A stretch of 39,888 nucleotides of DNA from an uncultured Alcanivoracaceae bacterium (lineage in GTDB: Bacteria; Pseudomonadota; Gammaproteobacteria; Xanthomonadales; Marinicellaceae), in NCBI GenBank assembly GCA_964594435.1, contig CAZQMH010000001.1, positions 1 to 39,888 on the forward strand, written 5' to 3'. The notes below the pieces were generated by a model. That model had not been told where the DNA came from and ran no database searches. It saw only the letters and a list, made by a program, of their open reading frames with translations. The position numbers and the translations under genes are program-made. Of the stretch, positions 34,687-39,888 are shown in pieces (within the stretch, counting starts at the first letter, position 1; each line of letters begins with the position of its first letter).

Positions 34687-34694
34687 GATTTTTG
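34687..34694. repeat. Target-site duplication, right copy (GATTTTTG)
   Basis: Identical 8-mer directly abuts both ends of the 132-bp element. Confidence 0.85.
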
Positions 34695-34877
34695 TATTAA
34701 TACGTTACTGTATTGGATACCTGTTTTTTGTTGTGCTTCAGCATTTGTTAAAACAAATAATAGAAATAACAACAGTGCGTAATGTTTTGTGATTGTACTC
34801 ATAAAATTGACCTATCGAATTATTGACCCACTTAGTTAAACGACAAATATTCAGAATTAGGACAAAAAGAAAAAACT

Positions 34878-34931
34878 AAATCCACCTGATTGGTGATTAA
34901 GCTTGTTTCACGATTTCACTATCGGGATTTC
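34878..34931. repeat. Degenerate palindromic copy of the CCCAAATCCCGA family overlapping the cca stop; probable cca terminator
   Basis: Minus strand AAATCCCGATAGTGAAATCG (34930..34911) matches 39703-39721 (AAATCCCGATAGTGAATCG) apart from one inserted A. The opposing arm AAATCCACCTGATTGGTGATT (34878-34898) forms an imperfect hairpin and is followed on the minus strand by a T-rich run. Confidence 0.5.
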
Positions 34932-36133
34932 GATTTAATCAATTTAATACGTTGTTGGGTAATTTCATTGCCAAGCTTTTCACCGTGCAAGCCCTTTTTT
35001 ATTAGGGCTTGCACATCTACTGCCGTTGTTGCATCCAAGCATTGAATTAAAAAATTGGCTTGTGGATAAGGTTTGTCGGTCATACCCAGACGACCAGTGG
35101 CGTCGGCCTGGCACGCTTGGGTGAATTTTTTTAAATTTTCTTTTTGCTGGTAAGCTCCAATATTTTGAAATAACTTATGAATGGTTCCTGCTCGCAGTTG
35201 CATCGCTTGGTGGCAATGCAAATGCCAGCGACAGACATTGAGAGCCAGCTTTTTGTGAGTACTTGGGACTTTTAAACGCTCACAAACGGCTTTTACCAAT
35301 GGAATACCAGCGGCTTCGTGCCCGACGTGTGAAGGCAAAATATCTTTGGGTGTCAGTCCTTTTCCTAAATCGTGTGTAAAAACGGCAAAAGCGACAGCGT
35401 TACTTAAATCAGCGGCCTGATTCATCGCCATCATGCAATGAATACCTGTATCAATTTCAGGATGCCATTTTTGCGTTTGCGGAATACCAAATAAGGCATC
35501 AAACTCTGCAAATAAAATTTTTAAAGCACCGCAATCACGCAAGGTTTGCACAAATTCTGCGGGTGTTTTTTCATTAAGTGCCGCCGATAGTTCTTGCCAT
35601 ACTCGTTCTGCCACTAAGGCATCGACTTCACCATTGTCGACCATTTTTTGCATCAATTCATTGGTTTCTTTAGCGACTTTAAAACCCAAATGAGCATACC
35701 GAGCTTTGAATCGAGCGGTTCGTAAAATACGCACAGGGTCTTCAGCAAAAGATTGACTAACATGCCGTAGAATTTTTGCTGCCAAATCTTTTTGTCCATT
35801 ATAGGGGTCGATTATTTGATTGCTTTGGCAATCCAATGCCATGGCATTAATGCTTAAGTCGCGGCGTAGCAGATCTTGTTCGAGCGTCACATTTGGGTCG
35901 GTGTTAAATACAAAGCCATGATAGCCCTTGGCTGTTTTGCGTTCGGTTCGTGCTAATGCGTATTCTTCATGTGTTTTGGGATGCAAAAAAACAGGGAAAT
36001 CTTTGCCAACTGGCTTGTAGCCTTGGGCAAGCATTTGCTCCACCGTTGCCCCAACCACGACATAGTCACGATCTTTGATGGGTAAATCCAGCAGTTTATC
36101 GCGTACCGCTCCGCCAACAAGATAAATTTTCAT
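34919..36133 (-). CDS. cca: Multifunctional CCA-adding tRNA nucleotidyltransferase with HD domain
   Basis: MKIYLVGGAVRDKLLDLPIKDRDYVVVG, RTERK and the HD region FTHDLGK. ATG overlaps the slt stop (ATGA). Confidence 0.95.
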   Translation of the reverse strand: MKIYLVGGAVRDKLLDLPIKDRDYVVVGATVEQMLAQGYKPVGKDFPVFLHPKTHEEYALARTERKTAKGYHGFVFNTDPNVTLEQDLLRRDLSINAMALDCQSNQIIDPYNGQKDLAAKILRHVSQSFAEDPVRILRTARFKARYAHLGFKVAKETNELMQKMVDNGEVDALVAERVWQELSAALNEKTPAEFVQTLRDCGALKILFAEFDALFGIPQTQKWHPEIDTGIHCMMAMNQAADLSNAVAFAVFTHDLGKGLTPKDILPSHVGHEAAGIPLVKAVCERLKVPSTHKKLALNVCRWHLHCHQAMQLRAGTIHKLFQNIGAYQQKENLKKFTQACQADATGRLGMTDKPYPQANFLIQCLDATTAVDVQALIKKGLHGEKLGNEITQQRIKLIKSKSR

Positions 36134-38085
36134 TGTTTACAAACCCCTTTGGTGATTTGGCTGGCAACTTTTTGACTGGGCCAGGCTTTGCTTTGTTGGT
36201 TATTTATTGGCATGGTTGGCAACCAGTAAGAAATACGCTTGGGTGTTTGATGAATAAGCCAATCATAAATAGTGACATTGCTTAAAATTCGGACGATATA
36301 ATCACGGGTTTCACGATAAGGTATGGTTTCAGCCCATACATCTGGCGAGGTTGGAAAATCACGCAACCAATGATGAGCTTTGGTTTCACCTGCATTGTAG
36401 GATGCCAATGCTAAAACAGGATGATTATTGAACCGTTCAAACAATTCTTTTTGGTAAAAAATGCCCAGTTGTAAATTAAAATCCGCCTCATGTAATTGTT
36501 GTTTGCCCCAATAATTTAATTTCAGTTTTTTACTCAAGCGTTCGGCGGTTGGATGGATAAGCTGCATCAAACCTCGGGCATCAGCTCGTGATATGGCATC
36601 GGTTTGCCAGGCACTTTCTTGGGTGATTATTGACATAATCCACTGTGGTAATAAATTATATTTTTGCGAAATTTTTGTAATCTCATCTTTGTAACCCAAA
36701 GGATAACGTAAGCGGTAATTGTTTTTTAAATCCAGAGCCGCCATGATGGCTGCTGTTTTATTGTACCATCCTTTTTGCAAAGCAATCTCGGCCAAGGCTC
36801 TTTTTTGCCCTCTTTCCAAACTTCGGTACCCTATCATCCACTCTTTTCTTGCCAAATGAATCATGTTTAAGGCAAATAATTCAAAGGCACGTTGTGTAGC
36901 AATTGGCAATGTTGTTATTGGTTTTGGTGCAATATCATTACTGCAAAATTGGTACGGAAATTGCATATGGTCGGCGGCTAAAAACCCATAATAGTTCGTC
37001 TTTTTAGCCAGTTTGGCAAATATTTTTTTTGCCAATGCTTTTTTATGAATTTTGGCAGCACTGCGAGCCAACCAGTACTGCCAATTATCTTTGTAACGTT
37101 GGAAATCAGGCATGGCTGCTATGCTTTTGTAAACTTTTCGCCATTTTTTATGGTACAAATAATAACGAACTTTCCATGCATGAATTTGTGCATCGTGCAT
37201 CGTTGGTGGCAGTTTATTCATGGCATCAATAGTAAATGGCAAATAGTCGGTTGCCGCATAAAGAGCAATCGTGCGTTCGACTTGTGCTCGTTGCTTGGCT
37301 GTGAATTGGAAATGTTTCTTTAATTCTTTCCATGTTTTGTGCATATAATCTGGGCGTTTGCTCGCCAAGGCTTTTGCTTATAGATAAATCAATTCCCGAT
37401 TTTGGGTATTATCTGGCCACGACAGTGCCTGCTTAAAGGTTTTGCTTGGTGCTTGCATAAGTTTGATGGCACGTTTTATCCACGCTGGCTTTTTCTGCAT
37501 TTTATTGGCTAAATAGCGAGCGGTTGAAGCATTGTTGACCTTAAATGCCAGCTTTATTCTTTTTTCCAACTTGCTATCATTTAGCTGCCCTTGTTTTTGC
37601 CACCAAGTAAAAACAGGGTCGCAAGCTTTGGGCAAGGATAATCCGTTCATCCAGGTATTTTCAATGGCTTGGTTCAGTCCTTTTAGTTGTTTTGTCGCTA
37701 TTCGGGCTTGCAAATACCAACAGTGCTTGGTTGATGAGCTTTTATTGTTCTTATACCGAGCCAAATATTCTTGCCATTGCCCTTGTTTGCCTAATTCATA
37801 AAGCAACATAGAGGCCAAGACTTTATTAAGCGGGCTTTGGGGATGAGCTTTTTTGAAATCTTCGATTGCTTGGATGGGGAGCTTGTTAATACTCGCCTTC
37901 AGTAAAGCAAAATCAAGATAATGCTGTAAAATATAGCCTTTTAGTTTTATTTTGGCTGTTTTTAGGGCGTTTTCATCCCCTTTTAATGCCAGTTTGTACG
38001 CTTTTTTGAAGAGCAATTGTTCTTGCGTTAAAGCATGAATAACACCAGAAAAAAGTAACAAGAGAATAACATAAATATTTTTCAC
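36130..38085 (-). pseudogene. slt: Soluble lytic murein transglycosylase (Slt70-type) interrupted by a single in-frame TAA (fragments 37378..38085 and 36130..37368)
   Basis: The N-terminal fragment has a signal peptide (MKNIYVILLLLFSGVIHA) and U-domain-like helical repeats. The C-terminal fragment carries the catalytic motif ITQESAWQ...ARGLMQL...YNAG. Both are in the same frame, separated by TAA at 37378-37380, and similarity to E. coli Slt70 runs through the stop (..NRELIYL*AKALASKRPD..). Confidence 0.85.
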
Positions 38086-38708
38086 ACTATCTCAGATTCC
38101 AGTTGTTTTAAAAAGTTCAGCATATAATCATGCCGCCTTTGGGCTTCATCTACTGCCGCTTTGGTATGAAAACCTGAGTTCAGTTTTAATAATTTTGAAT
38201 AAAAATGATCAATTGTCCATTTTCTATCGTCAGCAACACGTTGACGACAAAAAGGGTCATCATCATGATACAAAGTACAATCCATTTTGCCACCTACCAT
38301 CATCATACGTGCCACCCCAATGGCACCGATTGAGTCCAAGCGGTCAGCGTCCTGTACAATTTTTGCCTCTAAAGTTTTTGGTTCAATATTGGCACTGTAA
38401 CTGTGTGCGGCAATGGCGTGTTTGATGTCTTCGATATTATCTTGTGGATACTGCCACTCTTGCAAGAGTTCCTGAGCTTTTGTTGCCGATAACTGTGAGG
38501 CTTGTGAACGCAGGTGAGAACTTTTGCAAACCGTAACACAGTCATGCAACCAAGCGGCAGGAATAACAATAGACAAATCCGCCTCTTCGCTGGTGGCTAA
38601 CTTTATGGCATTGGTGGCAACACGATGCACATGAGTTGCATCATGGGCAGCATCTGCACTTTCTAATTGCTGGATATAATGCCGAAAAACCGAAACCCAT
38701 TGTTGCAT
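38082..38708 (-). CDS. HD-domain metal-dependent phosphohydrolase (YedJ-like)
   Basis: HVHRVATNA...AAWLHD...HS..A...DADRLD pattern of HD phosphohydrolases. Starts immediately after the rdgC stop; its stop overlaps the slt GTG start (GTGA). Confidence 0.8.
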   Translation of the reverse strand: MQQWVSVFRHYIQQLESADAAHDATHVHRVATNAIKLATSEEADLSIVIPAAWLHDCVTVCKSSHLRSQASQLSATKAQELLQEWQYPQDNIEDIKHAIAAHSYSANIEPKTLEAKIVQDADRLDSIGAIGVARMMMVGGKMDCTLYHDDDPFCRQRVADDRKWTIDHFYSKLLKLNSGFHTKAAVDEAQRRHDYMLNFLKQLESEIV

Positions 38709-39614
38709 TTAGCCCACCTGATTAGCAAACAAAGTAAACAAAGCGATAAGCATTTCTTTAAACTCAAGGTGCATCAAAGTAAAACGCGAGTCCAGCAATT
38801 GCTCCTCAGATTCGATAGCTTCTGCACCAAGACCATCCAAAACAATGTCAGTAAATTTAATACTTTTGATTGCGAAATCATGCGTTAATACCAGCTCTAT
38901 ACGCTCATTAAAAATCAGTCCAATTTGGGTCACCAAATAACCATTATCAATGTGTCGTTGCATTTCATCGTTTAAAAAATCTACATTTTTGGCACGAATC
39001 ACACTCTTAGCCTCATCCATGGTTTGCAAAACCAAACTTGAGCCAAATTCAAAACCTGACTCCGCATGACCTTCAGTAATCCAGCGGGTCATAATCATCG
39101 CCATATCAGATGACTCGCCAAAGGCTTCGGCTTTAAAAGAACCCAAAGTTTGACGTAATTGAGAAACCAAATTTTCTGCGGCGTTTTGGTTGGCTGAATC
39201 CACCACCAAAAGTTTCAAATCGTTATCGATATAAGCACCAATACGCTTGAGCTTGGTAAATGCTTGCGGCAACAGTTCAAATAAAAGCTCTTGCTTTATG
39301 TCGGTTTGTTGTTTGCGACCTGGTTTGTTGCCTGTTTCTGCTTTTATGGTTGTGACCTTTTCATCAAGCTTGGTTTTAACCACGGAAGGCGGCAATATCT
39401 TTTCCTCAATACCTAATTCAATTAATTGGGCTGCCCCACTTTGCCAGCAAAAAATATCACTCAACATATTAAAAGGTGAAAGCCAACCCTGAGTCGCCAA
39501 ATCCTGCGGTCCACATGGTTTAAGTTTATCAGCCACAAGCTGTGCTGAGAGTTTTTCGGAATCGAACTTAATATCTTCAGGCAAACGGAAGATTCGGATG
39601 TTTTTAAAATACAT
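38709..39614 (-). CDS. rdgC: Recombination-associated protein RdgC
   Basis: MYFKNIRIFRL...KPCGPQDLATQGW..., collinear with E. coli RdgC (MLWFKNLMVYRL...TPCGSQDMAKMGW), ~300 aa. Confidence 0.92.
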   Translation of the reverse strand: MYFKNIRIFRLPEDIKFDSEKLSAQLVADKLKPCGPQDLATQGWLSPFNMLSDIFCWQSGAAQLIELGIEEKILPPSVVKTKLDEKVTTIKAETGNKPGRKQQTDIKQELLFELLPQAFTKLKRIGAYIDNDLKLLVVDSANQNAAENLVSQLRQTLGSFKAEAFGESSDMAMIMTRWITEGHAESGFEFGSSLVLQTMDEAKSVIRAKNVDFLNDEMQRHIDNGYLVTQIGLIFNERIELVLTHDFAIKSIKFTDIVLDGLGAEAIESEEQLLDSRFTLMHLEFKEMLIALFTLFANQVG

Positions 39615-39698
39615 TAAAGTCTAATACTTGGTTAAAAAACCATTTTAACCGATTAAATTCCCAATGAAGTATATATTTCTTCTAAAATAACACTTTTA

Positions 39699-39823
39699 CC
39701 CAAATCCCGATAGTGAATCGCAATGAAGAGTGCAAGCAGTTGATGCACATAAGAAATTGACTAAACCTAAATCTTGGAGCTTGGTGATTGAGATTTTTGG
39801 TGATTTCTATCTCGGGATTTGGG
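39699..39823. repeat. 125-bp element bounded by ~24-bp imperfect inverted repeats of the CCCAAATCCCGA family (MITE-like or structured RNA)
   Basis: Left arm CCCAAATCCCGATAGTGAATCGC (39699-). Right arm, reverse complement, CCCAAATCCCGAGATAGAAATCACC (-39823). About 80 bp of non-coding spacer, located upstream of rdgC. Confidence 0.6.
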
Positions 39824-39888
39824 AATTTACATACTATCAATTGCATTTCTTAAATTTTTCCTTGCTAATCGCTCAAATTTTACAAAAA

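Larger units (their letters stand above)
33391..34802 (-). pseudogene. FG-GAP-like repeat beta-propeller gene (paralog 1) interrupted by a MITE between signal peptide and mature domain
   Basis: A 39-codon fragment at 34802..34683 encodes MSTITKHYALLLFLLFVLTNAEAQQKTGIQYSNVLIQKS and stops at a TAA inside the element. The body ORF 33391..34566 has only a GTG inside the element as a start and no signal peptide. Removing 34555-34686 plus one TSD copy fuses them in frame (..LIQKS-KIQEPNSND.., 423 aa). Confidence 0.8.

Noticed and set aside
1-39888. Looked for CRISPR arrays, tRNA/rRNA/tmRNA genes, transposases, integrases, reverse transcriptase/DGR template-variable repeat pairs, toxin-antitoxin pairs and known defence genes
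   Set aside because: No regularly spaced direct repeats, no tRNA T-arm-like GGTTCGAATCC signatures and no ORFs with such family motifs were seen by eye. A proper tRNAscan, Infernal or defence-HMM run would be needed to exclude them formally.

Overview
AT-rich (roughly 38-40% GC by eye) chromosomal segment. Gene content and synteny (def / tsaP-like LysM / dprA / topA / tsaC; ppsA-ppsR; rdgC-slt-cca; waaA-ccoS) indicate a gammaproteobacterium, possibly a marine sulfur-oxidiser or symbiont type; the organism guess is weak. Most of the window is tightly packed core housekeeping, often with ATGA/TAATG start-stop overlaps. I found no rRNA, tRNA, CRISPR array, transposase, integrase, phage gene or recognisable defence or toxin-antitoxin module. 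Accessory content: a partial surface repeat protein (1-1050), a tail-anchored PP2C phosphatase plus DUF2333, a PlpD-like type Vd patatin autotransporter, a Roadblock/LC7 gene next to the circularly permuted GTPase RbgA/YlqF, a 1399-aa secreted S8 protease directly behind ppsA, and an islet of DUF1800 + Tat-DUF1501 + two FG-GAP-like beta-propeller paralogs. Strongest sequence-level findings: (1) a 132-bp hairpin-armed MITE with a perfect 8-bp target-site duplication splits the signal peptide off one propeller gene, and precise excision restores the ORF in frame; (2) a second REP/MITE-like repeat family with core CCCAAATCCCGA sits at gene ends and supplies the cca stop codon; (3) slt is interrupted by one in-frame TAA inside a translationally coupled operon; (4) an unlisted 54-codon ccoS is wedged between waaA and a DsbD_2/TauE-like membrane gene by two ATGA overlaps. 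I see no clear novel multi-gene system. The best candidates for uncharacterised modules are the DUF1800/DUF1501/propeller islet, the Roadblock-RbgA pair and the cytochrome c'-like/B12-radical-SAM pair. All family assignments come from motif recognition by eye; no searches were run.
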